Positions 29,217 to 40,024 of a stretch of DNA of 64,000 nt are shown piece after piece; position 1 is the first letter of the stretch; every line of letters begins with the position of its first letter. Position numbers and translations under genes: made by a program. Origin of the DNA: Candidatus Binataceae bacterium (GTDB lineage: Bacteria; Desulfobacterota; Binatia; Binatales; Binataceae); the NCBI GenBank assembly GCA_035508495.1, contig DATJMX010000002.1:91487-155486 (forward strand), written 5' to 3'. Under the pieces are notes generated by a model. It saw nothing but the letters and a program-made list of their open reading frames with translations. It made no database searches and was not told where the DNA came from.

Positions 29217-31055
29217 ATGGCCGGTGGGTCTCTTAGACGACGCCTGCGCCTCAGCTACTTTTTCCCCTTCGTAGCGTTGGCCATCCTGGCATTGCTGATA
29301 GTGTGGCGTGTCCAATCCGAAGAATCGGTTGAATATTGGGTTCAGCACACCTACGACGTGATGCTCTCGGTAATGAACGCCGAGAGCGATCTCAGCGCGG
29401 TCAAGATCAATCTCAGATCGTACCTCCTGGAACCGAAGTCCGAATATCTGCAAAAGCTACACGCCGCAGAAGACCGGCTCACGGTCGCGACTGATCGCCT
29501 GTTCACGCTGGTTTCAGACAACCCCGTCCAGCAGCGCCGCCTTCTCGATCTGAGCGGATTGCTGGGCCGATGGAACACAGAGGTCAACGCGCTTCTTTCG
29601 AACGGCGGCAAGAATTTCAACGCGCAACAGTTTGAGCAGGTGGAGGATCGCGGGCGCCAGCTAAGGGAAGTCCTCGATCAGATGTCCGCGACCGAACGCG
29701 ATCTGCTGCAGCGCCGCAACGCGGATCGCGCGCGACGGGAGCGGGCGATTCTCACCCTCGTGCCGATCCTCTCGATTCTGCTCGCGGCTGCGCTCAGCTA
29801 CTTCGGATGGCGGCAGATTATTCTCGCGAGCGGCGATCTGGAGCGCGCCCTGGCCAGCTCGGAAGACGCCAATCGGCTGAAGGACAACTTCCTCGCGACG
29901 GTTTCGCATGAGCTGCGCAATCCACTGAATACGATTCTGCTGCGCTGCCATCTGCTGGCCGAGGAAGAGCATCTCTCGAACAAGGCGCGGCTCAGCGTGC
30001 AGAGCATGGAGCGCGCCGCCAAGGCCCAGGCCCAGCTTATCGAAGACCTGCTCGACATCTCGCGTATCGAGTCCGGCCGCCTGCGCCTCGACGTGCAGAC
30101 CACCGATCTCGTCGATGTCGTGCAGTCGGCAGTCGAGGCGATGCGGGTTGCGGCCGACGCAAAATCGATAAGCCTCGTCGAGACGATCGATCCGCGCGTC
30201 ACGCCGATCGCCGGCGACCCGCACCGCCTTCAGCAAGTGGTGTGGAACCTGGTCTCCAACGCGGTGAAGTTCACGCCCAAGGGCGGACGAATCCAGGTGC
30301 GCCTGGAGCGCATCAATTCCCACGTCGAGATAATCGTGGCCGACAACGGCAAGGGTATCGAGCCTGCGTCGCTGCCGCTCGTGTTCGACAGGTTCTGGCA
30401 GGCGCCGGGCGCCGACCGAGTTGAAGTCGGAGTTGGCCTCGGGTTATCGATCGCACGACAGCTTGTCACGATGCATGGCGGCACGATCGTCGCCCACAGC
30501 GACGGGTTCGGAAAGGGTGCAACATTCACCGTGCGGCTGCCGCTCCCGGTCAGCACAGCGCCCGTCAGCGAGCAGCCGCGGCGTCATCCCACAGTCGCGC
30601 CAATGACGCGGACGGGCGAACTCTCGCGCCTCGACGGTCTCTATATTGTCGTCGCCGACGACGACGAGAGTGCCTGCGGCGCGCTGAAAGAACTCCTCGG
30701 CTCGCTCGGCGCCAAAGTCGATACAGCGCAATCAGTCGACGATGCGCTGCGTCTTATCGACGGAATGGATCCTGACGTTATCGTGTCGGACATCGGGATG
30801 CCCGGGCGCGACGGGCTCTCGCTGGCGCAGGAGATTCGCAAACGCGAGCGCGAATCGGCCCGCGACTTTCGTGTGCCGCTTATCGCGCTCACCGCCTATG
30901 GACGCGTCGAGGACCGTGTGCAAATTCTGAGCTCGGGCTTCGACAGCCACGTGGTCAAGCCGGTCGAATTGTCGGAATTGTCCGCGATAATCAGCAGCCT
31001 GACCGCACGCCTTCGTACTCGGGCGCGCGCCGAGCTGGTCAAGACGCCCGCTTAG
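29217..31055 (+). CDS. Hybrid sensor histidine kinase/response regulator with an N-terminal CHASE3-like periplasmic sensor
   Basis: TM, ~180-aa sensor, TM, HisKA (SHELRNPLN), HATPase_c (DNGKGI...GLGLSI) and REC (VVADDD...DIGMPGRDG). Confidence 0.8.
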   Translation: MAGGSLRRRLRLSYFFPFVALAILALLIVWRVQSEESVEYWVQHTYDVMLSVMNAESDLSAVKINLRSYLLEPKSEYLQKLHAAEDRLTVATDRLFTLVSDNPVQQRRLLDLSGLLGRWNTEVNALLSNGGKNFNAQQFEQVEDRGRQLREVLDQMSATERDLLQRRNADRARRERAILTLVPILSILLAAALSYFGWRQIILASGDLERALASSEDANRLKDNFLATVSHELRNPLNTILLRCHLLAEEEHLSNKARLSVQSMERAAKAQAQLIEDLLDISRIESGRLRLDVQTTDLVDVVQSAVEAMRVAADAKSISLVETIDPRVTPIAGDPHRLQQVVWNLVSNAVKFTPKGGRIQVRLERINSHVEIIVADNGKGIEPASLPLVFDRFWQAPGADRVEVGVGLGLSIARQLVTMHGGTIVAHSDGFGKGATFTVRLPLPVSTAPVSEQPRRHPTVAPMTRTGELSRLDGLYIVVADDDESACGALKELLGSLGAKVDTAQSVDDALRLIDGMDPDVIVSDIGMPGRDGLSLAQEIRKRERESARDFRVPLIALTAYGRVEDRVQILSSGFDSHVVKPVELSELSAIISSLTARLRTRARAELVKTPA

Positions 31056-31087
31056 ACCGCCTACATCGATCGAAGAAAGGGACCGCC

Positions 31088-32026
31088 ATGGAATTTCGCA
31101 ATCTCGGCAACTCGGGACTCAAGGTTTCGCTCGTCGGCCTCGGATGCAACAACTTCGGCATGAAGATCAGCCTCGAGGAGACGCGCGCAGTCGTGAGCCG
31201 CGCACTCGACGAGGGCATCACGCTCTTCGATACCGCCGATATCTACGGCAATCGCGGGCAATCCGAGGAAATGCTCGGCAAGGCGCTCGGCGATCGGCGC
31301 AAGGACGTACTCGTCGCAAGCAAGTTCGGGATGGCGATGGGCGACGGTCCTTATATGAAGGGCGCGTCGCGCAGGTATATCGCAGCCGCGGTCGAGGCCA
31401 GCCTGCGACGCCTCGGCACCGATTACATCGATCTGTATCAGCTGCATCAGCCCGACCCCGAGACGCCGCAGGAGGAGACGCTCGCGGCGCTCACCGATCT
31501 CGTTCACGCGGGCAAGGTCCGTTACATCGGCTCGAGCAATTTCGCCGGATGGCAGGTCGCCGAGGCTGCCTGTATCTCGCGCAGCGAGAGCCTCGCGCAC
31601 TACGTTTCGGCCCAGAACCACTACAACCTGCTCGAGCGGCGCGTCGAGCGCGAGCTGGTTCCGGCCTGTAAGCAATTCGGCGTCGGGATCCTGCCCTACT
31701 TCCCACTCGCGAGCGGCCTGCTCACCGGCAAATACGCCCGCGGCGAAGCCCTGCCGCAGGGCACGCGGCTCGCGCTCATGAAACGATTTGCCGACCAGCT
31801 CATGACTGAGAAGAACCTCGACGCGGTCGATAAGCTGACGGCCTTCGCCAAGGCGCGCGGTCATTCGATCCTCGAGCTTGCGATGAGCTGGCTCGCGTCG
31901 AATCCCCAGGTCTCGAGCGTCATCGCCGGCGCGACCTCGCCGCAACAGGTCACCGACAACGTCAAGTCGGGCGCCTGGAAGCTGAGCGCCGAAGAATTCG
32001 CCGAAGTTGACAAACTGACTCACTAG
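31088..32026 (+). CDS. Aldo/keto reductase
   Basis: GNSGLKVSLVGLGCNNFG and IDLYQLHQPD motifs. Confidence 0.85.
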   Translation: MEFRNLGNSGLKVSLVGLGCNNFGMKISLEETRAVVSRALDEGITLFDTADIYGNRGQSEEMLGKALGDRRKDVLVASKFGMAMGDGPYMKGASRRYIAAAVEASLRRLGTDYIDLYQLHQPDPETPQEETLAALTDLVHAGKVRYIGSSNFAGWQVAEAACISRSESLAHYVSAQNHYNLLERRVERELVPACKQFGVGILPYFPLASGLLTGKYARGEALPQGTRLALMKRFADQLMTEKNLDAVDKLTAFAKARGHSILELAMSWLASNPQVSSVIAGATSPQQVTDNVKSGAWKLSAEEFAEVDKLTH

Positions 32027-32210
32027 CGATCCCTCGGGGCGCTCCAGATCCGTTCGGCTCGGTCAGGGGCGGGCACTTCGACTCCGACAGCCTTGGCCGA
32101 GTGGAGTGAAGCGCGTGGCAAGCGGTTTTTTTGTCATGGTGAGGGAAGTGAGCAAGGCGAGCGGGAGCAGATCGCACAGGGCCGTTCGCACTGTTGGCCG
32201 CGGGTCTGAT

Positions 32211-33683
32211 TTAGAATCCGACCGCTCGCGCGCGATCTTCGCTCGCGACGTTCCGATCCAGCTTCGTCTTGAGCTGCTCGACGTTTCGCTCGTGCGTTGT
32301 GCGATCGATGTCGTAGAACATCAAGACCGCGATCGAGACCGCGCCAAAGGCCACTACCAACGGTAGGAACACCATGCCGAGATGGCGAAGCACGGCGGGA
32401 TCGACCTGCCCCTGAATCGCATGCTGCGGGAAACTGACCCACGCCAGGACGAGCCCGGACAGGAACGTGCCGAGGCCAGTGACGCATTTCGCAATCAGGC
32501 CGTTCGCGGCGAACAGCAACCCCTCCGAGCGGTGTCCCGTCGCAATGGCGGCGTCCTCGACCACGTCCGCCATCATCGAAGTCGCGATGATGAATCCCAT
32601 GAGACCGAGTGTCAGCGAGAAGAAGCGGAAGACGAGCAGCAGCGTGAGCAACGCATGCGTGCCGTTCGCGGGCAGGATGCCGATCAGGCGCATCGCGATG
32701 AGAGTCGTATAGCCAAAGAACAGCGAGCCGAATAACACCGCGATCATCGAGGGCTTCTTTCCGAACCGGCTCGATACCGGCGTGGAGAGCACGACGCCGA
32801 GCAAGGCGGCGGGCAGCATGAGCGCGACGATATATGAAATCTGCGCGGGCGTGAGCTCAAAGTAGTAATTCGCGATATAGAGCTCGAGGCCCTGCGTCAC
32901 TCCCATCGAAATCGCGCCGATTGTCCCCGACACGGCAAGCGCGATGAACGAGCGGTTGGTCACCGTGCCGGTGACCTCGCGCAGCTTCTCACGCCATGGA
33001 CTCTTTTCCTCCGGTTCGTGAACGACGCTGTCGATAAAGCGATGCGTGCCAAGGCACGAGACGATGATCGAAACGAAAATCGCTATCGCCGAAACGAGTC
33101 CGAACTGCTCATAGCCCGCGCGATTCAGCACGCCCAGCGGATGCGTTGCGTCCTTGCGCAGGAAGACCTGGAACGCGAGCACCGCGATTACGGCGCCGCC
33201 GACCGCGCCGAAAAAGAATCGCGAGCCCATCAGCGTGGTGCGCTGGTCGTAGTCATAGGTGAGCTCGGGGCCGAGCGCTGTGCTCGGAATCTCGTAGAGG
33301 CTGAGCAACAGGCGCACCAGCACGAGCATCACCACCATGAAGACGAAGAGGTAGCGTTGCGACCATCCGATCGGCGGAACGAACAGGAAATAAAACGCGA
33401 CCGCCGCAGGCAGCGCGGAGGCGTACATGAAGGGATGGCGCCGGCCCCATCGCGAGTGCGCGTGATCGGACCATTCGCCGATCAGCGGATCGCAAATCGC
33501 GTCGAACACCATCGTGACCATCATGGCCATGCCGACCCACGCCGCCGGCAATCCGACGACCTGGTTGAAGTACAGCATCAGGATCGAAGTCAGCGCGACC
33601 TGATGCACGCCGAAGGCGACAGAGCCGAAGCCGTAGAAGATATTGGTGGAAAGAGTCAGCGGCGGACGATTGTTCGAATCCAT
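32211..33683 (-). CDS. MFS transporter, glycoside-pentoside-hexuronide (GPH) cation symporter-like
   Basis: 12-TM pattern and an MFS signature, DPLIGEWSDHAHSRWGRRHP. Start at MDSNNR, 2 nt after the SDR stop. The track 5' extension to 33980 overlaps the SDR gene. Confidence 0.7.
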   Translation of the reverse strand: MDSNNRPPLTLSTNIFYGFGSVAFGVHQVALTSILMLYFNQVVGLPAAWVGMAMMVTMVFDAICDPLIGEWSDHAHSRWGRRHPFMYASALPAAVAFYFLFVPPIGWSQRYLFVFMVVMLVLVRLLLSLYEIPSTALGPELTYDYDQRTTLMGSRFFFGAVGGAVIAVLAFQVFLRKDATHPLGVLNRAGYEQFGLVSAIAIFVSIIVSCLGTHRFIDSVVHEPEEKSPWREKLREVTGTVTNRSFIALAVSGTIGAISMGVTQGLELYIANYYFELTPAQISYIVALMLPAALLGVVLSTPVSSRFGKKPSMIAVLFGSLFFGYTTLIAMRLIGILPANGTHALLTLLLVFRFFSLTLGLMGFIIATSMMADVVEDAAIATGHRSEGLLFAANGLIAKCVTGLGTFLSGLVLAWVSFPQHAIQGQVDPAVLRHLGMVFLPLVVAFGAVSIAVLMFYDIDRTTHERNVEQLKTKLDRNVASEDRARAVGF

Positions 33684-33685
33684 GC

Positions 33686-34462
33686 TCACCAGGTTCGCTC
33701 TCCGCGCGTCACGCATTCGAAGCCACCATCGACGTAGATGATCTGCCCTGTCATCACGGAGTTTTCCTCGCCCACACACCAGGCGAGAATCGAGGCCATG
33801 CGCTCGGGACGGGCGGGATACTGACCCTGCATCGGTATCATCTGGCCCATCGCCGCGCGCTGCTCCGGATTGTCGAGGACCCAGCGGGCGGCGGGCGTAT
33901 CGAAGAGTCCCGGCGCAACGACGTTGATCGGAATCCCGGCGCCTGCCCACTGCGGCGTTCCGGCGACTCTGCGGCACCACGTATTCAGCGCATGCTTTGC
34001 GATCGCGTAGAAATCGAGCACGGCCTTTCCGGAGTCGAACGCCTCCCGCGCGATCGCGTTCGCTCCAGCCTCATCCATGGCGAGACAGGCTTCGACGATT
34101 CGCGGATCGATGGGGCTCAGCGAAGCGATCGAGGAGACCATCACGGCGCGCGGCGCGGGACTGCTCTCGAGCAGCGGGCGCAATCCTTCGAGCGTCGCCA
34201 CCGTGCCGAAGAAGTTCAGCGACAGCATTGTTTCAGGGCGCCCGCCGCCGGCATTGGCGACGATGCCGTCGATCCTGCCGCCCGAGAGCCGCTTCACATC
34301 TGCGACCAGCTTTGCGCGGCCCTCGGCGTTCGAGAGATCGGCAATCACGTCCGCATCGTGAAGATCGGCCCCAATGACGCGGCCGCCGTGCTCGCGAAGA
34401 TAGTGCGCTGTAGCCGCGCCGATGCCGGACGCGGAGCCGGTGACGACATAAGTTCGATCCAT
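33686..34462 (-). CDS. SDR-family oxidoreductase
   Basis: TGSASGIG Rossmann motif and a YxxxK region. Confidence 0.8.
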   Translation of the reverse strand: MDRTYVVTGSASGIGAATAHYLREHGGRVIGADLHDADVIADLSNAEGRAKLVADVKRLSGGRIDGIVANAGGGRPETMLSLNFFGTVATLEGLRPLLESSPAPRAVMVSSIASLSPIDPRIVEACLAMDEAGANAIAREAFDSGKAVLDFYAIAKHALNTWCRRVAGTPQWAGAGIPINVVAPGLFDTPAARWVLDNPEQRAAMGQMIPMQGQYPARPERMASILAWCVGEENSVMTGQIIYVDGGFECVTRGERTW

Positions 34463-34480
34463 GATAACCCTTTTTTAGTT

Positions 34481-35362
34481 TCAGCCTCCGGCCTTGCGGC
34501 CCTTGGCGTCGTTGCGAATCAACTCGGCGCCGCTGGGCTCGACCGGAAAACCATACTTGGCGCGAGCGTTGGCATGTCCGATGTGATGCAGCGAGAAGGC
34601 GGACTGAACAGCAGTCCACTGCCCCTGCGCGTCGAGGCTCTGATTGACGGCCATCTTCGCCAGGCGCAGCCCGACCATCGGCCGCTTGGCGATGCGCTCC
34701 GCGAGCTCGAGCGTGGCGGCTTCGAGGTTGGCGCGCGGCACCACGACGTTGACCATGCCGAGCTGATGGCATTCCTGGGCGGTGAAGGCCGCGCCCGTGA
34801 AGAGCATCTCCTTGGCCTTGCGCGCGCCGAGCTCCCACGCATGGGTGAAAAATTCATGACCGTTGACGCCGAACGCGACCACGGGGTCCGAGAAGGTCGC
34901 ATCGTCGCTCGCGACCACGATATCGAACGGCCACACCAGCATCAGTCCGCCGGCGATCACCTTGCCCTGCACCTGCACGATTGTCGGCTTGGGCAGGTTG
35001 CGCCATCGCCAGCAGAAGCCGAGGTAGATCTCCTCCTCGCCGTTCATCATGCCGGCCTGGCCGTCCTCGTCGAATCCGCCCCAGAGGCTGACAGTGTCGA
35101 AGTCATTCAGGTCGGCGCGATCGTTGAGGTCGTGTCCCGATGAAAAATGCGGACCGTCGGCCGCGATGACGATGACTTTAATGTCGTTGTCGGTGACCGC
35201 GATTCGAAACGCGCGGTCGAGTTCGTAGAGCATCTTGCGATCCTGCGCGTTGCGCTGTTCGGATCGCGCCAGCACGACGCGTGCGATATGCGGGGCCGGA
35301 GTTTCGTAGCGGATTCGTTCGAACGTCGAGCTGATATTGGCCTGTTTGCCTTTACGCGCCAT
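34481..35362 (-). CDS. Enoyl-CoA hydratase/isomerase (crotonase) family
   Basis: Crotonase fold motifs (AADGPHFSSGHDL; GKVIAGGLMLVWPFD). Confidence 0.8.
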   Translation of the reverse strand: MARKGKQANISSTFERIRYETPAPHIARVVLARSEQRNAQDRKMLYELDRAFRIAVTDNDIKVIVIAADGPHFSSGHDLNDRADLNDFDTVSLWGGFDEDGQAGMMNGEEEIYLGFCWRWRNLPKPTIVQVQGKVIAGGLMLVWPFDIVVASDDATFSDPVVAFGVNGHEFFTHAWELGARKAKEMLFTGAAFTAQECHQLGMVNVVVPRANLEAATLELAERIAKRPMVGLRLAKMAVNQSLDAQGQWTAVQSAFSLHHIGHANARAKYGFPVEPSGAELIRNDAKGRKAGG

Positions 35363-35565
35363 GAGCTTGTTCCTTTTGCGCCGCTCCTGAGGAGCCGCCG
35401 CGGTTAGGTTGTTTGCTCGCGCACTCTAACCGCTTCCGGGCTCGGCCTCCTAGCGGATCGCGACGAGGCTTTCTTTCCCCACGCGCATTTCAGTAGCGCG
35501 TGCCGCAGGGTTTGTGATTTCCGCGTCTCGATGCGCATAATTACTGGCCGGGGTCTTTCCATAGC

Positions 35566-35605
35566 TGTTTAGAACGTCTATTCTAAATAGAATGGATATT
35601 CTAAA
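35566..35605. promoter_or_regulatory. Candidate TetR operator array in the divergent promoter: TTTAGAA-cgtcta-TTCTAAA inverted repeat, plus two more ATTCTAAA copies
   Basis: Read directly. The region is AT-rich within a GC-rich genome and sits between the ECH-SDR-MFS operon start (35362) and the tetR start (35645). Confidence 0.45.
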
Positions 35606-35644
35606 ATCTCCGTTCCAGTCAAGGGGGAGTAAGTAATTTCTCCA

Positions 35645-36313
35645 ATGGCCTCGCGACAGCCAAAATCTGAGTCAGCGCGCGAGTCTGCGAAGCCGCCGGT
35701 CGGCGTCCGCGGCTATCGCGTCCGCAACGTCGCGAAGGCGGCCGAGCGCCGCCGCGAAATCCTGGTCGGCGCGGCACGCGCGTTTGCACACGCGAGCTTC
35801 GACGCCACCAACATGGATCAGATCGCGCACGAATGCGGCCTCGCCAAGGGCCACATCTACCACTACTTCCGCAGCAAAGAGGAGATCTTCACCGAGATCC
35901 GCGTCGACGCGGTCGGCCGCCTGCTCGATCAACTAAATGCGATCGTGCGCTCAGGCGAAACCGATCCCGCGGTGCTCCTGCGCAAAGCGACGGCGAGCAT
36001 CGTTGGCAGAATCTACGAAGAACGCGATCGCTACGAGCCGCTGGTGCCGGATCCGGTGTCGCTAAGCGCCGCGAATCGCAAGCGCATCCGCTCCATCGGC
36101 CGGCGCTACGAACACATGTTCACGAACATCCTGCGCATGGGAATCGAAAAGGGAGTTTTCATCGCCGGCGACGCAAAGCTGATGAGCTTCGTGATCCTGC
36201 GCGGCGCCTTCACGGTTGCCAACTGGTACCGCGAAAACGGCAAATGGAAACCGCAGTGGATCGTCGAGGAGGTCACGGAGCAACTCGTGAGGAGCGTTCT
36301 GAAACAGCGCTAG
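35645..36313 (+). CDS. TetR/AcrR-family transcriptional regulator
   Basis: HTH: FDATNMDQIAHECGLAKGHIYHYFRSKEEIF. Confidence 0.8.
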   Translation: MASRQPKSESARESAKPPVGVRGYRVRNVAKAAERRREILVGAARAFAHASFDATNMDQIAHECGLAKGHIYHYFRSKEEIFTEIRVDAVGRLLDQLNAIVRSGETDPAVLLRKATASIVGRIYEERDRYEPLVPDPVSLSAANRKRIRSIGRRYEHMFTNILRMGIEKGVFIAGDAKLMSFVILRGAFTVANWYRENGKWKPQWIVEEVTEQLVRSVLKQR

Positions 36314-36325
36314 ACAGCGGCTCGA

Positions 36326-38776
36326 TCACGAAGGGGTGAGGGCCCAGATTTCCTGGGCGTATTCGGCGACGGTGCGGTCGCTTGAGAAGCGGCCGACGCG
36401 GGCGATATTCAGAATCGCTTTCTTTATCCAGACTTCTTCCTGGACATATAATTTGGATATTTCGGACTGAGTATCGACGTACGGGCCGAAGTCGCCCAGG
36501 AGAAAATACTCGTCGCGATCGAGCAGCAGGTCGCGAATCCATCGGAAAAGGCCCGGCTCCTTGGGGCAGAAGCGATCCGACGCGAGCTCGTCGAGCACGC
36601 GCTTAAGCCGCGGATCGGATTCGTAGTAGCTATGCGGCTTGTAGCTGCCGGCGCGGCGCATCTCCGCGATCTCCTCAGCGGTCAGCCCGAACAGGAAGAA
36701 ATTCTCAGCGCCGACCGCCTCGCGAATCTCGATATTGGCGCCGTCGAGGGTGCCAATAGTCAGTGCGCCGTTCATCGCGAATTTCATGTTGCCGGTGCCC
36801 GAAGCCTCGAAGCCCGCGGTTGAGATCTGCTCCGACACGTCCGCGGCGGGCATGATTCGCTCGGCCAGCGACACGCGGTAATCGGGAAGGAATGCCACTT
36901 TGATCATTCCGCGCGTGCGCGGGTCCGCATTGATAATCTCGCCGAGGCTGTTGATCAGCTTGATGATCATTTTCGCCGCCCAGTAGCCCGGCGCGGCCTT
37001 GCCCGCGATCAGGTAGGCACGCGGAACCGCCGGCTCGATTCCGTCATCGACGAGCTTCAAATACTCGTGGATGATCCCAAGCGCCATCAGCAACTGCCGC
37101 TTGTACTCGTGGATGCGCTTGGCCTGCACGTCGAAGAGCGCGGCCGGATCGATATCCACCACCGAGATGCGATTGACTATTCGCGCGAGGCGTTCCTTGT
37201 TGGCACGCTTGAGCGCCGCCATCCGTGCCTGGAACTCGGGCTGCTCGGCGAGGTTCTCGATGTTGCGCACCTGCTCGAAGTCCGTCGTCCATCCGGGACC
37301 GATCGTCGCATCGAGCAGATTGGCCAGCGGCGGATTCGCCATCAGCAGCCATCGCCGCTGCGTGACGCCGTTGGTCTTGTTGCTGAACCTCTCGGGCCAG
37401 AGCTTGTAGAAATCGGGCACGAGCCGATTCTTCACCAGCTCCGAGTGCAGCGCTGACACGCCGTTTACCGAATGGCTGCCGACGATCGCGAGATGAGCCA
37501 TCCGCACCTGGCCTTCGTAACCTTCCTCGACGATCGCGACCCGGCGCGGCAATTCGTGATCGTCGGGATAAAGCTCGGTCACACGGCTCAGGAAGCGGCG
37601 GTTGATCTCATAAATGATCTGCAGATGGCGCGGGACGACGCGCTCGAGGAGTCCGAGCGGCCAGCGCTCCAGCGCCTCGGGCATCAGGGTGTGATTGGTG
37701 TAGGCGACGGTCTGCTGCGTCACCTTCCACGCCACTTCCCACTTGAGATCGTACTCATCGACCAGCAGGCGCATCAGCTCGGCAATAGCCAGTGTCGGAT
37801 GAGTATCGTTGAGCTGAATAGCCACTTTCGATGGAAAATCGCCAAAGTCTTCCTCGCCGCGCTCGAGGTAGGTGCGCACGATATCGCGCACCGCGCAGGC
37901 GACGAAGAAGTATTCCTGCAACAGGCGCAGCTCGCGGCCGGCCTGCACCGCGTCGGACGGATAGAGCACGCGCGACACGGTTTCCGAGACCATCTTCTGC
38001 TCGACGGCTTTCATATAGTCGCCGGCGTTGAAGATCTGCATGTCGAACTCGTCCGATGCGCCCGCGGAATAGAGCCGCACGTAGTTGACGGTATGGCCGC
38101 CGAAGCCTGCAATCGGCAGATCGGACGGCACACCGACGAGAGTGCGGTGATCGACCCAGGTCGGCGTGTATTCGCCGCGGCGATCGATGCGATGCTCGAT
38201 GCGGCCGTAGACCGGAATGCGGACCACTTCCTCGGAGCGCGCGACCAGCCACGGCGAGCGCTCGCGCTGCCACGAATCGGGACGCTCGACCTGGTAGCCG
38301 TCGCGAATCTCCTGCTTGAAGAGACCGAACTCGTAGTTGATGCCGTAGCCGTAGCCCGGCATGTCGAGCGTGGCGAGCGAATCGAGGAAGCAGGCGGCGA
38401 GGCGGCCGAGGCCGCCGTTGCCGAGCGCGGCGTCGGGCTCTTCGTCGAACAGCGTGCGCATATCGACGCCGTTGTCGGCGAGAAAGTCGCGGCAAGTGTC
38501 GATAATGCCGAGATTGAAAAGATTGTTCTCGAGCGAGCGCCCGATCAGGAACTCGAGCGAGAGGTAATAGAGCTTCTTGGCGTTGCTGCGATCGAAGCGC
38601 CGCCGCGTGGTGAGCATTTTCTCGACCAGCATGTCGCGGACGACGAGTGCCGTCGCGCGATACCAGTCGTGGCGGGTGAGCTGCATCCGCCGCTTGGCGA
38701 GCGTGAATCGGACGTGATGCTCGATCAGATTCCTGAAGAGGTTCAGGTTTGAATCCGCAACCGGGGGAACAGCCAT
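36326..38776 (-). CDS. glgP: Glycogen/alpha-glucan phosphorylase
   Basis: 816 aa with EFLIGRSL, the PLP-site region ...ISTAGFEASGTGNMKFAMNGA, and family-wide motifs. Confidence 0.9.
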   Translation of the reverse strand: MAVPPVADSNLNLFRNLIEHHVRFTLAKRRMQLTRHDWYRATALVVRDMLVEKMLTTRRRFDRSNAKKLYYLSLEFLIGRSLENNLFNLGIIDTCRDFLADNGVDMRTLFDEEPDAALGNGGLGRLAACFLDSLATLDMPGYGYGINYEFGLFKQEIRDGYQVERPDSWQRERSPWLVARSEEVVRIPVYGRIEHRIDRRGEYTPTWVDHRTLVGVPSDLPIAGFGGHTVNYVRLYSAGASDEFDMQIFNAGDYMKAVEQKMVSETVSRVLYPSDAVQAGRELRLLQEYFFVACAVRDIVRTYLERGEEDFGDFPSKVAIQLNDTHPTLAIAELMRLLVDEYDLKWEVAWKVTQQTVAYTNHTLMPEALERWPLGLLERVVPRHLQIIYEINRRFLSRVTELYPDDHELPRRVAIVEEGYEGQVRMAHLAIVGSHSVNGVSALHSELVKNRLVPDFYKLWPERFSNKTNGVTQRRWLLMANPPLANLLDATIGPGWTTDFEQVRNIENLAEQPEFQARMAALKRANKERLARIVNRISVVDIDPAALFDVQAKRIHEYKRQLLMALGIIHEYLKLVDDGIEPAVPRAYLIAGKAAPGYWAAKMIIKLINSLGEIINADPRTRGMIKVAFLPDYRVSLAERIMPAADVSEQISTAGFEASGTGNMKFAMNGALTIGTLDGANIEIREAVGAENFFLFGLTAEEIAEMRRAGSYKPHSYYESDPRLKRVLDELASDRFCPKEPGLFRWIRDLLLDRDEYFLLGDFGPYVDTQSEISKLYVQEEVWIKKAILNIARVGRFSSDRTVAEYAQEIWALTPS

Positions 38777-39111
38777 TCTGTCGTCAATCCTGCAAAAGCT
38801 AGCGGCGCGCGGGCGTTGCTAACGCATTGCCGCCGCGCGTGACTTGCGGCACCGGTGTGCAGCACTTTCGACAGGAATCCCCCGGCACACGACTCCGCAT
38901 CCATCTCAATCCTGTATCGAAACGCCGCGACATTCCAGACCGGCGCGCGATTATTCCACCCTTGGCTGCGTAGCATTTTTCAACAAGTTATCGCCAATCG
39001 CGGTCGGAGGCCGCCGCGCCGGACCAGCCGATGGCCGCGGCGACCCTTCTCATACCAACGGATGAAATTCTGGATTAGGCACAACGATGACCCATCGTTA
39101 CACTCATTGGC

Positions 39112-39978
39112 ATGAAGCCACTGGTCGATGTCCTTGCCGATGCGCGGCGGCGAAAGGTCGCCGTCGGGCATTTCAACTTCTCCGATCTCGCCGGGTTCAA
39201 CGCGATCGTTGACGCGGCGGTCGAGCTCAAGCTGCCGGTGATGGTCGGAGTGTCGGAGGGCGAGCGCGAATTCGTCGGCGTCTATGAAGCCGTCGAGCTG
39301 GTTAAAAGCGCGCGCGAGCAATACGGCCTCGACATCTACCTCAACGCCGACCACACGCACTCGCTCGAGCATGCCGAGGCGGCGGCACGTGCTGGCTTCG
39401 ACGAAATCATTTTCGATGGCTCGGCGCTGCCGTTCGACAAGAACCTCGTTGAGACCAAGCACGCGGTCGAGGTTCTCAAGACGATCAACCCCAAAATCCT
39501 GATCGAGGGCGAAATCGGCTACATCGGTTCCGCATCGGCGATTCTCGACAAGAAGCCGGACAACATGAGCGCGCTATCGACGCCCGAAGAGGCGCGGCAG
39601 TTCGTCGCCGAGACCAAGGTCGATGTGCTGGCGCCCGCGGTCGGCAACATGCACGGGATGCTCGCGAGCATGGTCGAAGGCAAGGCCGAGAAGCGGCTCG
39701 ATCTCGGGCGCATCGCCGAGCTCGGCAAGGCCACGCCCGCCTTCATGACGCTGCACGGCGGCTCCGGCACTCACGACGACGACTTTCGCACCGCGATCAA
39801 AAACGGCATGTCGATCGTTCACGTCAACACCGAGATCCGCATCGCATGGCGCCGCGGCATCGAAGCGGCGCTCAAAGCCAAGCCCAACGAAGTGACGCCC
39901 TACAAGCTGCTCGCCGACGCCGTCGCCGGCATCAAACAAATCGTCGAGGCGCGGCTCAAGCTCTTCAACTTCATTTAG
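39112..39978 (+). CDS. Class II ketose-bisphosphate aldolase family (fructose/tagatose-bisphosphate aldolase-like)
   Basis: [25 protein letters not shown] motifs. Confidence 0.8.
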   Translation: MKPLVDVLADARRRKVAVGHFNFSDLAGFNAIVDAAVELKLPVMVGVSEGEREFVGVYEAVELVKSAREQYGLDIYLNADHTHSLEHAEAAARAGFDEIIFDGSALPFDKNLVETKHAVEVLKTINPKILIEGEIGYIGSASAILDKKPDNMSALSTPEEARQFVAETKVDVLAPAVGNMHGMLASMVEGKAEKRLDLGRIAELGKATPAFMTLHGGSGTHDDDFRTAIKNGMSIVHVNTEIRIAWRRGIEAALKAKPNEVTPYKLLADAVAGIKQIVEARLKLFNFI

Positions 39979-40024
39979 TCCCGGCCCGCGTAACTGCGAG
40001 ATTGCATCGGGCATCGAATCGCTG

